Assembly: GCF_009914755.1 (NCBI RefSeq)
Contig: NC_060925.1
DNA: 64,000 bases
Direction: 5' to 3' (one strand)
Source of the DNA: the human T2T-CHM13v2.0 reference genome, Homo sapiens
The first letter of the stretch is position 1; each line of letters begins with the position of its first letter. A program made the position numbers and the translations under genes. Positions 39,530 through 54,455 of this stretch are shown here, in pieces. The notes below the pieces were generated by a model. That model was not told the origin of the DNA. It worked only from the letters and a program-made list of their open reading frames with translations, and did no database searches.

Positions 39530-39823
39530 ATTCAAGTATCAGGGTAATCCTAGCTGCTAACAGAAAGGAATCCTATAATTTATACTGCTTAATTCACTAA
39601 GAGTTTAATTCTTATTTACATAATATTCCATTGTGGGTGCTTCTGATTGACAAAAAGCCTCCTGCTTGAATTCTCCTCAGGATACTTTCACTCTTGTAGC
39701 TACATTCAATTTTAGGTTTTTGGAGTTCTATGCCTTCAGCCATAAACTGAGAAAATATTGGGAAGATTAAAAAAAAAGGAAGTTGTTATATAACCTGATG
39801 AGAATAGCACACACTATTTCCAC
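39530..39823 (-). mobile_element. MLT1 (J/K-like) MaLR LTR fragment
   Basis: ATCAGGGTAATCCTAGCTGCTAACAG..GAGTTTAATTCTTATTTACAT..GCACACACTATTTCCACTTA. Confidence 0.5.
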
Positions 39824-40013
39824 TTATAATACCTAATACAAATGCAAATGCAATGTAAACGGTTGTTCTACTCTATTGTTTAGGGAATAATGACAAGAAA
39901 AAAGTCTGCACGTGTTCAGTACAGATGCAACCAACTTTTATTTTTTCAAATATTTTTGATCCACACTTAGTTGACTCCTCAGGTGCAGAATCCATGGATA
40001 TAGAGGGCCGAAT
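39824..40013 (+). mobile_element. MER2 (Tigger-derived MITE), partial
   Basis: TTATAATACCTAATACAAATG..TTTAGGGAATAATGACAAGAAAAAAGTCTG..GGATATAGAGGGCCG. Confidence 0.8.
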
Positions 40014-40014
40014 A

Positions 40015-40800
<786 letters not shown>

Positions 40801-41160
40801 ATAAACTCGTAGTTCTTTTTGATTTTATATTGTATATCAGTATATACAACCAGAGCAACATGTTCAAAATTTTCTTGAATCAATTATTTTCAGTTTAGTT
40901 ATGCTCATTTAATGTAGTTATATTTTTGTTTGCCTTTTAACTTTAAAGTTTATGTTTATAATCTTCTTTATTGAATGTTATTTTAAATATATGAAATATT
41001 ACCATGTTACAAAAATTAAACAAACCCCTTTTCTGTACCAACCCCCTCTTACCATAATATCAGTTTAAATAGTAACCCAGTCTCTGTGCACCTCACAATA
41101 CATGAATTTCGAACAAAGTCAAGTTGTGCACTTACTCAAAGAACAGGCTTGCAATGCAAC

Positions 41161-41467
<307 letters not shown>

Positions 41468-41509
41468 AAAATTCAACTTTTAAACTAATATCTGTATGAT
41501 ATCTGTATC

Positions 41510-44078
41510 AAGAATACATTAAAAGAATAATAAAGAACTATCATGAACAACTCTTTGCCTGTAAACTTGATAACCCAGGTGAAATGAACTAGTTCCTTGA
41601 AAGACACCCTCTACTCAAACTCATACCAGGAGAAACTGACAATTTAAACAGGTCTATATCCATTGGATCAATAGTTAATAACTTTCCCAAAATGAAAGCA
41701 CTAGGCTTAGATGGGTTCACTGGTAAATTCTACCAAACATTTAAGAAAGAAATATACAATTCTCTACAATATCTCCCAGGAAATATAGGTTGGAGAAATA
41801 CTTCCTAACTCATTATATGTGGCCAGCATTATCTTAATACCCAAATCAAATAAATATATTTCAAGAAAGAAAAACTACAGACCAATATCTCTCATGAACA
41901 TATGTATAACAATTGTCAACAAAATATTAGCAAATCAACCCCAATAGTTTGTAAAGATAATTACACACCACAATCAAGTGGGATTTATTTCAGGTATGCA
42001 AGACTGGATGAACATTCAAAAATCAATTAATGTAATCCATTACATCGATAAACTAAAAAAGAAAAATCATATGATCATATCAACAGATGCAGAAAAGCAT
42101 TTGAGAAAATTCATCAGCCATCCACGGTAGGAACTCAGCAAAATAAAAATAGAGGGGAACTTCAACTTGATAAAGAACATCTACCAAAAATCCTACAGCT
42201 AACATCACATATAATGGTGATAAATTAGATACTCTCTCACTAAGATCAGAAACAAGGCAAAGACTGTTATTCTCACTACTTGTATTCAACATTGTACTGG
42301 AATTTCTAGCTAGTGCCATCAGGCAGGAAAATAAAATAAAGCATGCAGATTATAAAGAAAGAAAACTATCTTTGTTCATAGTTTTAAATTATATGCTATA
42401 TAATATCATTATAAATAATATAAAATAACAAGAGACAATCTATGTCATTTTGGGTTTTGTGATTACTTTAGATGTACCACCACAATTAAAATCTATGAAA
42501 AAAAGATAGATTAAACATCATTAAAGTTAGAAACTTCTCTGTAATAGTCACTGTTAGGAGAATGAAAACACAAACCATGAGCTGTGAGAAAATATTTGCA
42601 AAACACATATCTGACATTTAAAAAACCCTGGTATTCAAAATCTGCAAAGAATGTTTAATGCTAAATAATAAGAAGGCAAACAACCCCATTAATAAATTGG
42701 CAATACATCTCAACAGACACCTCACCAAAGGAAATCAACCAATGAGAAATACACATATGAAAAAATAATCAACATTGAATGTCATTAGGGAATTTCAAAT
42801 TAAACAACAATGAAATATCACTATATACCTACTAGAATGGCCAAAATCAAAATCACTGACAATAACAAATATTATGGAGAGTGTGAAGCAACAAGAATTC
42901 TTATTCACTACTGGTAGGAATGCAGAATGGTACAGCCACTTTGAAAGATAGTTTCATAGTTCCTTACAAAACTAAATATACCCTTACTATATGATATCAT
43001 TTGGTTCTGTGTCCCCACCCAAATTTCATGTCGAATTGTAATCCCCACGTGTCAGGGGAGGGACTTGGTGGGAGATGATTGAATCATGGAGGCGGATTTC
43101 TCCTATGCTGTTTTCATAATAGTGAGTTCTCATGAGATATAATGGTTTAAAAGTGCAGCATTCCCCCCTCACCTTCTCTTCTGGAGCCTTATGAAGAAGG
43201 TGTTTGCTTCTCCTTTGCCTTCTGCCATGATTATAAGTTTCCTGAGGCCTCCCCAAGCATGCAGAACTGTGAGTCAATTAAACCTCTTTTTCTTATAAAT
43301 ACCTAGTCTCAGGTAGTTCTTTACAACAGTGTGAAAACAGACTAATACACCATATAGTCCAGCAATTATGCTTCTTGACATTTACTCAACTGAGTTGGAA
43401 AACTTATAGCCATACAAAAACCTGTATATAAATGTTTATGGAAACTTTATTAATAATTACCAAAATGAAAGTAATTAATGCATTCTCTAACAGGTGAATG
43501 GATAAACAAATTGTAATACATTTGTATGATATATGATACATTCAGATATTAAAAGAAATCAGCTATTAATGTAAAAAAGACCTGGACAAACCTTAAAAGC
43601 ATATCTCTAGGTGAAAGAAATCAATCTACAAAGTCAACATACTGTATGAATCAAATTATATGACATTCTGGAAGAGGCAAAACTAATGAGGCAATACAAA
43701 AATTAGTGGTATCCAAGTGTTCAGTGTAGCAGTAATGGAGTGGGGAGAAAAGATTTGGTGAGAAACAAGAGGTTGTTGGGGCAGTAAAACTACTCTGCAT
43801 GATATTGTAATGGTGCATACATGCCGTACATTTGTCAAAATTTATGAAATATACAATATGGAGTTAACTGTAATATAGACTATGGATTTAGTTAGTAATG
43901 ATGTATCAATATTTGCTTATTAGTTGCAGCACATATACCACACAAATTGTAAGATGTTAATAATAGGAGAAAGCAGGTGGGGGGTGAGGGACTATATGGG
44001 AACTCTCTGTATTTTCTGCTCAATTTTTCTACAAACCCAAAACTACTCAAAAATAAACTATATTAATTTGTTTAAAAA
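41510..44078 (+). mobile_element. L1MC1/2-like ORF2 and 3'UTR, internally deleted, interrupted by THE1
   Basis: AACTACAGACCAATATCTCTCATGAAC, GATCATATCAACAGATGCAGAAAAGC (RT); 3'UTR GGGAACTCTCTGTATTTTCTGCTCAATTTTTC. Confidence 0.85.
42992..43349 (+). mobile_element. THE1D-like MaLR solo LTR
   Basis: TGATAT..GTGTCCCCACCCAAAT..GACTAATACA; TSD CTATA/CCATA. Confidence 0.9.
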
Positions 44079-44495
44079 GAGGCTTTCTGATTTTTAAGCA
44101 TCTCAGGCTTGTGGGTTTCTGTGATGAGTTTTCTAAATTATAAAATTCTGGTGTTCTTTAGTAGAACTAAATAAATGCACTATTTTGCTCATGTTAACTA
44201 TGGTTTTTGTTTCTTTGTTCTTTAATTCTGAGATCAATATTAGGAGACTGAGCCCTCAGAGAGTTCTATTCTGTCCAAGCAGGGATTCATATTAGTGAAT
44301 AGAATACTGTGACTCTTTTAATTAGCCTGTTGCTTTATTCTATGAAAAAAGTATTACTTTACTTCCAGGGTTTGATGTATGAACTGAGGATGGCCATATT
44401 TATTCCCTGATGCTCTGAAAACAGAATCTTATAAGATGTCTGCTACAAGTGTGTGAATAGGAACAGCCCAGAGTACAAACACAGTTTGCACTTAC

Positions 44496-44723
44496 CTATT
44501 GGCTATTATAAGGCTGACTGTACACACGTGCCAAGATTTCTTAGGGCAGGCAGAGAGAGAATGTCAGTCACTCAGAAATTATTACAGGATATTTTGGGGC
44601 TTTGATTTTTTTTTTCTACTGGGATTTTGCTAACTTGCCTTTTATCCTATTTGGCTAAATGCTTTGTTCTGTTGATTCACTCGTACTATCAATATGAACA
44701 TGATTGTTGCTTTCTAAAGATAC
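44496..44723 (-). other. Candidate non-coding exon (228 nt)
   Basis: Acceptor CTCTTTGCCTTTACTTTTCAG|G, donor TAG|GTAAGT; stops in all three frames; unique sequence. Confidence 0.5.
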
Positions 44724-45029
44724 CTGAAAAGTAAAGGCAAAGAGATCACAATGTATAGAAAAATAGATATATCCCCAGGGTCATAGCCTGCTGGAAACTG
44801 ATGTGTTCCTTTTGAAGAGATTAAGTATAAATTTTCCTTAGTCAGAGGTCTGGAAGAAAAATTGGGGAATAAATAGCACCTTTTCTGATTAAGAATAGGA
44901 TACCTAACACAAAAAGAGTATAACTTTATCCATGTAGTGGGATGTAATTATTGAAATAATAGCAATGATAATAATGTTATAATTTATAGAACATGTATTT
45001 TATAACAAATAATTGATTTGCCTACCTTG

Positions 45030-45190
45030 TATCATTTTAACATTTGCCATGTACTTTTGAATATAACCTTCCATAATTTTACACATTATATAATTGAGTC
45101 TTTATATATTTATGTAACTTGTCTATAGTCACAAACTAATAAGGGATAAAGCCAGGATTCAAATTCAAGTTTACCTATTGTGAGGTCAAA
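45030..45190 (-). mobile_element. MIR fragment
   Basis: GTAACTTGTCTATAGTCACAAACTAATAAG..GCCAGGATTCAAATTCAAG. Confidence 0.6.
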
Positions 45191-46714
45191 GGTGGCAAAA
45201 TTAATGGTACTTTAGCTAAATCAAGAATGTAAACAGTCCAATAACTTCCTATAAAGAAGTTTATTAACGGCCCATCTGTATTTGCAGGTATACTTCAGAT
45301 GACAGCATGTGATGTGATGGAAATCTCTACTATTCCCAGGAAAAATGTCCTGTCAAAGTTATCAGATCCATTGCCTAACAAACTTCTATCCTAGCCAATT
45401 GACCAGCTGAAAGATTTCTGTTGTAAAACATATTCTCCCTTAGATTTTATGGGTTGATTTTCTTTTCTTTTTTTATGTTTCTTCAAAACACACACAAAAA
45501 TCATTTCTTGCCACCAAACAAAATAGGATTTAATTTGATTGATCGGAACAGGATACAATTAAAGTGAGGATATCCAATGACAATTATAGTCAGGTTGTTT
45601 GAACAGATTTCCTGGTATCTCTAAGAATCCCTTAATGATTCACAATTACAAATTTATGTTAAATCCAGGTTTCTCATTCTCTGGACTAACAGGTAAGAAA
45701 CGAGACATCAGTACTTTGCTGGTTTGAAGATATGAGGAGTTTAGTACTCTGATTATAGTACTCTACAATAAGTTTGCCTAGTTCTTGAAAACATTGAGCT
45801 GTCACTGCAAACGAGAATTTTTCCTTTCCCCTGTAGTTTGAACATATGATGCAATCAGTCTTCTAATTTTTGACAGAAGAGGAAAAGGAAGTGATGTCAG
45901 CTATTGACTGGATTTCATAGTTGTAAAGATTAGACTAGGACTGGTTCCTGACTAAAAAAATATAGCAAAGATTTCTAGTTTAAGATGATGGATTAAGCAC
46001 ATATGGTTATCAGATATTCCACTTAAGACTTCAGTGAAATAATGGTAAGGGAAAAAATAATAACAACAAAGAAAAAGGAGAGTGGTAATGTTTCAAACAA
46101 TTATTATAAAATAGAATACAAATAATTTCTGACTTAAGAAGCTGAGGGAAAACACTTTATCCAAGGATACGTAAGAAGGGAGCTGCAGCCAAGAAATAAA
46201 TCTATTGCCTTCAGTACTGTAAAGAGGTTCAGACACAAGACACCTCAAGTATTTCAGAGCCAGAGAAAGAGAACTGGAATTGGGAGGATTCAGGGCAGTA
46301 CAGGTGAAAAGGCACTTTCCCAAACGTCATCAACTTGTGACTACATAATACAACAAGGAGGCATTTACTCCTCAGCAAAAGCAATATAAGGTTTTTTAAA
46401 TTTTTATTTTATTTTTTATTTACATATATTTATTTATTTACTTATTTATTTTCTTAAAGAAACACTGTCTAGAAACTCTGGGAAGAACAAGCACTAGCAC
46501 ACCAGAGCAAAGCCCAGCAGATGCTGGCTCCTCAGGGCCACAGGGCACATTTTCCAGTGCCCTGCCTACCAACAACAAGGTCAAGCCTTCAGGTCTACAA
46601 CTCTTTCACTGATATATGGAATAATAAAGGTGTTCAACTGACTCATTTTAAGGTATAGAAGTTTACCCAGGCATTAGAAGAAAGTCTAAAACATAAATAC
46701 CTTTATTCAGAAGT

Positions 46715-47240
46715 AATAATTAAATCCTAATCATGTGCCAGGCACTATTCTAGGCACTAGAAAAAAAAACCAGCAGTGAACAGAAAACAGATGAAAATCT
46801 CTGATCTCATGAAGTTTGGTGGGAGATAAAATACATATATACATATATATAGACAATTTACAAAATAGCAGAATTTCATAAGCATTCTGGAGGAGAGTAA
46901 AAAACAAAAGAAGACAGTGAAGAATGAGGAATGTGGCAATTTTAAGTGGTGTTGTCATGGGAGTCCTCACTGAGAAGTGGTATCTGTGCAAAGACCTGAA
47001 GGAGACATAAAAGCCAATCTCAGTAGATATTAAAAAACAAAAACAAAAATATGGAAGTAAGAGTAGTAAAGTAAAAAGCCCGAGGTCAGATCATACTTTA
47101 ACATTTAGTAAAAGCATGGACGGTTGTGTGTCTTGGATGCAATTGCATGTGCAGGCAAGTATTAGATGAGGTGCAAACGAATAGAGTGAGGCTAGACTTC
47201 AATAGGCCATGTAAGTCATTGTGAAGACTTTGGCTTTTTC
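46715..47240 (-). mobile_element. L2a 3' fragment
   Basis: ATGTGCCAGGCACTATTCTAGGCACT..CAGCAGTGAACAG..CCTCACTGAGAAG. Confidence 0.8.
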
Positions 47241-48400
47241 ACATTCAATAAAGTACACAAACTTTAAGTATACAGCTCAATGAATATTGACAAATGAATA
47301 GTCCTGTGTAACCGTGAGCCAGATCAAGTTTAAGAACTTGCCTCTCATCCCAGAAAGTTTCTTGTGCCTCTTTTGACTCAATTCCCCCCAGCCAGGCAAC
47401 CAATACTATAATTTCTATCACCACAGATTAGTTATTTATGTTCTTGAACATTCTGTACATGTGTTCATAGAGTATATACTTTCTGCTGTCTAGCTTCTTT
47501 AGCTTTACGTAGAATGTGAGGGATAGGTATGATTACATTAGTCGCTCATTTTCTTTTATTGCCGATAGTATTCCATTGTATAAATGTACAGAGTTTGCTC
47601 ATCTTTTGTACTGTTGATAAACATTTGGGGGCTACCAACGTTCTTGTTCACAAGTCTTTAACTGAATGTCTTTCTCGTGGGTAAACACTTAGGAGTAGGA
47701 ATACTAGGACCTAGAGTGTTAACTATATTGGAAATTATTCAAAGGGTTTAGCATTTTGCAGTCCTGCCAACAATGTATGAAGGTTCCAGTTGCTCTGCCT
47801 CCTCCTCATTATGCCATATTGTCATTCTTCTCATTTTTATCCATTTTCCTGAGAATTAATGATGCTGAGCATCTCTCTATGGTTAGCACCCTATGGTTAG
47901 CATATCTTGATTGTGAAGTGTACTTTTCATGATAGTTTTCTCTCATGTTTAATTAGAGTGTCTGATTTTATTTATTGATTTGTGTAGATTGTTTTTATTC
48001 TGATATTAGTCCCTTTTTGGATATATGTATTGCAAGTAATTTTCTCCCAATCTGTAGCATGTGCTTTCACTTTCTTAATAGGCTCTTTGGGTTTGTTTTG
48101 ATGTTGATGAGAGTTTTATTATGGATAGGTTTTGTTTGTCAAATTTTGTTTCTCTACTTATTAAAATAAATATTTGCTTATGACCTAATTTTGGAGATTT
48201 TTATTTCTCTTTGATTACATTGTGGTGAGAAAGTATATCCTGTGTGGTTTCAATATTGTGAAATATATTGAGATTGAGATTTATGCTTTTGGCATATATA
48301 TTTTCAAGTGCAATTAAAACAATATGAATTCTGACATTAAATGTAGTATTCTATAAATGCAAATTGTTCCAAATATGTTAATAGTATTGTTCAAATCTTC
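47240..48400 (-). mobile_element. L1ME/MD-type antisense fragments
   Basis: TTTAAGTATACAGCTCAATGAAT..CCAACAATGTATGAAGGTTCCAGTTGCTC. Confidence 0.7.
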
Positions 48401-50450
48401 TTAAGATCAGTAATAAGGCAAGGACTTCCAATCTTAAGATATCTACTCAACGTTATACTGGAAGATCTAACCAGATTAATAAAGCATTAAAAATAAATAA
48501 AAATTATATAGATGGCAAAATAAGAAAAACCATCACTCACATCAAAAAACATGATCTTGTGCATAAAAACTATGAATCTACAAAACAAAATTGTTGAAAC
48601 AAAGTAAATATAGTTATTTACTAGTATATAAGTTCAATATACAAACATAGACAGTATTTGTATATATTAGCAATAAATAATTTGAAAATTAAACAATGTC
48701 ATTTAAAGTGACATCAACAATAAAATACTTAGTCATACATTTTAAAAATGTGTACAGAATCTGTACAATAAAAACAAAATATTAATGAGAGTAACTCAAG
48801 AAAATCTTATAAATGAAGAATTAGGTCATGTTCATGATTTGGAAGACTCAATATTTTTAATACCTGACTTTTTTTCTAAACAGATACATAGATCTAATGC
48901 AATTTCAATCAAGATCTCTGCAGAATTTTTGTTAAAATTGATTAATTTATTCTACAATTTATATGGTAATATAAACATAATAGAATAGCAGAATCAATCT
49001 TTAAAGTAAGAAAGAAAAGGATAAAAAGCACTATGTAATTTCACAATTTAAGTCCATAGTAATTAAGGCAGTGAAGTGTTGGCATAAAGATATACATAGA
49101 TCAGTGGAAAAGGCTAGAATCTAGAAATAAATGTACAAATTTATGGTCAATTAACTTTCCAAATTAATTTACCAATTTATGGTCAATTAATTCAAATCAT
49201 ACAGGAAAAACCACCCTTACATTAGGAAACAAATTAAATCTTTATTGTAATCTCACACCTTAAAAAAAAAAACACAAAACAAAACTCAGAGTGGATTATA
49301 TACCTAAGCATAAACAACAAAACTATAAAACTTTTAGTGGTAACGTGGGAAAAAATCCCTAGAGTCTTGTGCTAGGCAAAACCCATTTTGGTAAGTCACC
49401 AAAATTAATACAAGAAAAAAATGATAAATTGGACCTCATCAAAATGCAAAACTTCTGAACTTCCAAGGACACTTCTAAAAATTAAAAATCAAGTCACACG
49501 CTGGGAGAAAATATTCACAGCATAACAAAGGATTTGTAAATAGAATATATAAAGAATTTTCATTAAGAGGATAACAATTTAAAAATAAGCTAGGACTGTC
49601 ATGGTGGCTCAATCCCATAATAAGAGCACTTTGGGAGGCTGACGTGGGCAGGTTGCTTGAGTCCAGGAGTTTGAGACCAGCCTAGGCAACATGAGAGAAC
49701 CCTGTGTGTGCAATAAAATATTAAAAATTAGCAGGGCATGGTGGCATGTGCCTATGGTCCCAGTTACTGGAGAGGGTGAAGTGGGAGAATCACCTGAGTA
49801 TGGTATTTCAAGGCTGCAGTGAGCCATCATTGCATCAGTGCATTCCAGCTGGGGCAACAGCATGAGAATGTATCTCAGAAAAAAATCAGAATTAAATAAA
49901 AACAGGGTATTAATATGAACGAATGCTTAGTAAAAAATACATATAACCAATGAGGATATGAATAAATGCTTAACACCTCTAGTATTCACGGAAATGCAAA
50001 TTAAATTAACAATAAGATAGCAATACACACCCACTAAATAAGGAAAACTTAAACAACTAGAAATACAAAGTGTTGACAAGCATATGGAGCAACTAGAATG
50101 CTCAATATTTAGTGGTGGAAACATAAAATGGTATAAGCACTTTGGAAAATTTTTTGGCAATTTATTATACATTTAAGCATTTAATAATTAAATAGCCCAG
50201 AAATTCATTTACTTGACAGACACAATAATATATGTTCACAAAAAAATTTCTAAGTCAATGTTCATGAAAGCCCCAAATTGGAAACAATAAAGATGCTTCT
50301 CAACAAGCGAACAGATAACCTAATTATGGTTTATATATACAATTGAACACCACTCCACAATAAAAACAAGGAACAGACTGCTGCTACATTCAACAACATG
50401 GATGAATCTCAAAAACGTATTAGACAAAAGAAACGCTATGTAATCTACAT
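48401..50450 (+). mobile_element. Old L1M ORF2 3' half
   Basis: TAAGATCAGTAATAAGGCAAGG (RT) .. CAACAACATGGATGAATCTCAAAAAC. Confidence 0.75.
49588..49902 (+). mobile_element. AluJ
   Basis: Diverged dimer with J-type GGTTGCTTGAGTCCAGGAG and CAAGGCTGCAGTGAGCC. Confidence 0.85.
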
Positions 50451-50659
50451 ATTCCAAATATGTAAACAAAGTCATCGAAGTTTTAGTTGCCTTTATAATA
50501 AGGAATGATTATCTTAAAAGGAAGTATGTTCCAATTATAAAATAATAGATGGAAGTAAATTCCTCAAAAAAGGTGCCAAACACTAAAATTTAATATATAA
50601 TGGGGAGCTCATTTTACACCTACTTTCTAATGAATTGAAGAGTAAATAGATTTTAGAAA

Positions 50660-50980
50660 AATTTATTCATTTCATTATAATCAACAAATATTTTCTGCAT
50701 TCCAACTACAGCCCATGCACTAGTTTTATAGCAGATTTCAAAAAACAAAACAAAAAACCTATTCTCATGTAACTTACAAGCTAATGGTGGGGTTAAGAAT
50801 GAGAAATAAGGAAAACCAAAATAAACTAGTAAAATATGTAGTACGTTAAATAATGATATGAGTACTTTGGAGAAAAATAAAACAGGAAAGGAGGAAATGA
50901 ATATCTTGGGGTTTATCATTTTAAATAGAGTAGTACTGGGGACCTCACTAAGAAGGTAACATTTGAATAATTAGAATAAA
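50660..50980 (-). mobile_element. L2a 3' end
   Basis: ATTCATTTCATT..TCAACAAATATTT..GACCTCACTAAGAAGGTAACATTTGA. Confidence 0.7.
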
Positions 50981-51141
50981 TGAGTGAAAGTGCCAAGTGG
51001 CCATTTGGAGACAGGGCAGTCCAAGCAGAAATGTCTTCCAAGAGTTTAAAGCATCGTTATAGAAAAGTATATCTCTACATTTCTAACTCAATCATTTTCA
51101 GAAGCTATTTAAAATATGCAGAAAATAATTTAAAGGATTTG

Positions 51142-51420
51142 GGAGATGATAATCAAGGGGTACAAAATCTCAGAGAAAAGGAATATGTTTGTTTTCGGAT
51201 CCATTGCACAGCATGGTGAATATAGTTAATAATAGACAATTGTACATTTCAAAATTGCTAAGAGAATAAATTTCCCATGTTCTCAGAACAAAATTTTTAA
51301 ATATTTAAGGTGATAGATATCTTCCTTAGCTTGATTTAATTACTTACAATGTATTCATAAACATGACACTACTTTGTACCCCATAACTTTATACAATTAC
51401 ATATTGTCAATTTACCAAAA
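51142..51420 (+). mobile_element. L1MA (approx. L1MA7/8) short 3' end with 20-bp TSD
   Basis: GCACAGCATGGTGAATATAGTTAATAAT..AAAATTGCTAAGAGA; TSD AAAATAATTTAAAGGATTTG (51122-41) / AAAAGAACTTAAAGGATCTG (51421-40). Confidence 0.85.
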
Positions 51421-51665
51421 AAAAGAACTTAAAGGATCTGATTTTTAGGCTGTTCTTTCCTTCTTATCAGAGGAACATCCCTGAGACAAAGAAAAGAAGG
51501 CAGATGCTCTAATTTATCTTCTTGTTAACATAATTATTAGACCTCCGAGTATATAGAATAGCTATATTTAGTAGTAGGGGGGTTTACTTGGAGGTATATC
51601 TGAGAAACATTCCTAACATAACATGCCTGGTTGGCAATTGCTTATAGAAACAGTTTCGTGATAAA

Positions 51666-52047
51666 CTAAAAGTTTGGACCTGTGTCCTTGCCCAAATCTC
51701 ATGTTTAATTGTAATCCCCAAATATGGAACAGGGGCCTGGTGGGAGGTAATTGAATCATGGGGACGGACATCCCCCTTGCTGATCTCCTGAGAGTGAGTG
51801 AGTTCTCACAAGATCTGGTTGTTCAAAAGTATGTAGCACCTCCCCCTTCACTGTCTTCCTCCTTCTTGGGCCATGTAAGACATGCCTGCTTATCCTTCCC
51901 CTTCTGCCATGACTGTACATTTCCTGAGGTCTCCCAACCATGCTTCCTATACAGCTTGTGGAAGTGGGAGCCAATTAAATCTCTTTTCTCTATAAATTAC
52001 CCAGTCTCCATTATTTTTGTATAACAATGCAAGGATGGACGAATACA
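51666..52047 (+). mobile_element. THE1D/MSTA-type MaLR solo LTR
   Basis: CCCAAATCTCATGTTTAATTGTAATCCCC..TATAAATTACCCAGTCTC..GGACGAATACA. Confidence 0.85.
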
Positions 52048-52305
52048 CTTAGAATTTATGCATTATAAGATGTGGATCTCCGGAAAATTTCATCACTTCT
52101 CTGTTATAAAAAGACTGAACACTTCTTGCTATGTGAGGTAATAAAATTAGTACCTCACTTGGAGGCCTTATCTACTCTGAGACAACAGGGTGCCTCCATG
52201 CAGAAAAGAAATATTCAGAATAGCCCTCAATCTCCAAAAACATTCCATGCTTCTTCTAGCCTCTTGATTTCTTGTATCCTTGAAATTACTCTTAGAATTT
52301 GATAC

Positions 52306-52447
52306 TGCCAAGCACAGTGGCTCAAGCCTGTAATTCCAACAATTTGGGAGGGTGAGACAGGAGGAATGCTTGACAGGAGAGGTTCAAGATCAGCCTGGGC
52401 AACATAGTAAGACCATGTATAAAATAAAGTTTAAAAGTAAAAATAAA
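52306..52447 (+). mobile_element. FLAM (Alu monomer)
   Basis: GCACAGTGGCTCAAGCCTGTAAT..CAGCCTGGGCAACATAGTAAGACC then A-rich tail. Confidence 0.8.
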
Positions 52448-53177
52448 TTTATATGTAATACCTAATAATATTTTTGCTAGATAAAAATCTTTGAAACTCT
52501 TCACGGAGTAAAAACCTTACTAAGTGTGAATCTTGAGAATTTGACTTCAGAATCCAATCATTTCGATAAGTTAAAGATGATATACAGTGTGATATATGTT
52601 CATAGTTGCCAAGATAACTCAATGTTAAACCATATATTCCTGAAGTGTTGATTGTACTGAATAGTAAATCTGTATAATAGACATTCATCATTTATGTCTA
52701 GCCAACATCTCTTCTCCTTTTTCAGTAGCAACATTCTGCTTTCTCACTGGAGAACTCTGTTTTACTATTTCTGTGGTTCTACTGGGATTGTCAAATTTTA
52801 TTCATCTATTCCAATTACCTTCACTTTTTCAAGGACAGGCACACAAATCAAGATACTCTATTCAAATTCTCTTTTTAGGGATTTATTTATTAAGCAAAGT
52901 AACATAGGGAGAAAAAACACTTTACGGCCACTGGCAGTGTTCTGAAGGCATTGTTCATTTATTCCTCTTCTTTAGTTTCCTTAAATTGACTTGATTCCAG
53001 TAGTGACCACAGTGAAAATAATTTGTACCCTCGACTTAAAATGGATGTTTTGTATGTATTTTAGATCTCAGATTTATGAGAGGAAATGTGTAATCACAAA
53101 TAGAAAAGTTTTGTTAGATGAAATTTATTATTCATCCATAATCACCTACATAGTGGTGCATTGCTACACAGAGTATG

Positions 53178-53538
53178 TGTTTTAGTCAATTTTCATACTG
53201 CTATTAAGAAATACCTAAGACAGTGTAATTTACAAAGAAAATAGGTTTAATGCATTCACAGTTTCACATGGCTAGGGAGGCCTCACAATCATGGACCAAG
53301 GAGAAAGAGGAGCAAAGGCACATCTTACATGGCAGCAGGCAAGGCAGCATGTGCAGAGGAACTGCCTTTTATAAAATCATAAGACTTCAAGAAACTTATT
53401 CACTATCATGAGAACAGCATGGGAAAAACTCACTCCTATGATTCAATTACATTCCTCTGTTCCCTCCTATGACACAGGGGATTGTGGGAGCTAAAATTCA
53501 AGATGAGATTTGGGTGGAGACACAGCCAAAACATATCA
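53178..53538 (-). mobile_element. THE1C-like MaLR solo LTR with perfect TSD
   Basis: TGTTTTAGTC..GAGATTTGGGTGGAGACACAGCCAAAACATATCA; TSD GTATG at 53173-77 and 53539-43. Confidence 0.9.
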
Positions 53539-54419
53539 GTATGTCATAGTATTATGATACAAGTTAGTTCAAGTATTAATGAATCTAAAACTTCAGTTTG
53601 ATTACTGGAGAGTTTATTAAAATTCAGAATTATGCAACCCATCTCATTCAGTTGATCTGCCTTTTTAACAAATACCCTAATATTTCCCAAGGAATGGGAA
53701 CAATGCAAGCAAATTGAACTGGATAGGTCTCACAATTTTAGTGTTACTAACAGAGTACATATCAACTTTCAAATAGCCTATAAATAAGTTCCCTACTATC
53801 TCTGAGAATGTGGGATATGTTGGGTTGGGTGGGAAGTGCTTAAGAGATTCCATGTAAAGAGCAGAGAGGAATGGATTAAACAAAAGACATATTAAGATTT
53901 CCCCATAAGATTAATTGAAATAAATCCCAAAGTACTAAACACAGATGAAATTTCCTTTTAGAAAAAGGACTTGAAAGTGTATAGAACAAGAAGTGGCAGC
54001 TCAAGAAATGTTAATTTTGAAAGAGAGGAATATATATGGAAGAAAAAGGTATGGAAATAAATGGAACAAAGAAACTAAGAGACAAAAAAAGAGTGAAACA
54101 AGAATCATTAATACTTCACTTCAACCACCTCCCAAGCACCGTCACTATCTGTAATAGAAACTGCTGAGTGGGGCTCTCAAACTAAGAATTCATTATGGGA
54201 AATTAATTGGAAAAGGGAAAGTAGACCACATCCATACAAAAGTAATACAAAAAAATTAGAAAATACATGGAAAAACTTTCCTATTAACAAAGTCTCATTA
54301 CCCCAAAAAACACAAAATTGAAGAAAACTGAAAAACAATACCCCAACTGAATTAAATATCCTCAAACAAGCCTTTAGGTATGTGAAGAAATACTTTGAAT
54401 CTGAAAATCAAAAGCAAAG

Positions 54420-54455
54420 AACAACAACAACAACAACAACAACAACAAAAACAAC
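54420..54455. repeat. (CAA)n microsatellite
   Basis: Direct read. Confidence 0.9.

Noticed and set aside
48180-48480. Antisense/sense L1 junction as a twin-priming inversion
   Set aside because: The arms are far apart in ORF2 and too diverged to find a TSD; separate old insertions explain it equally well.
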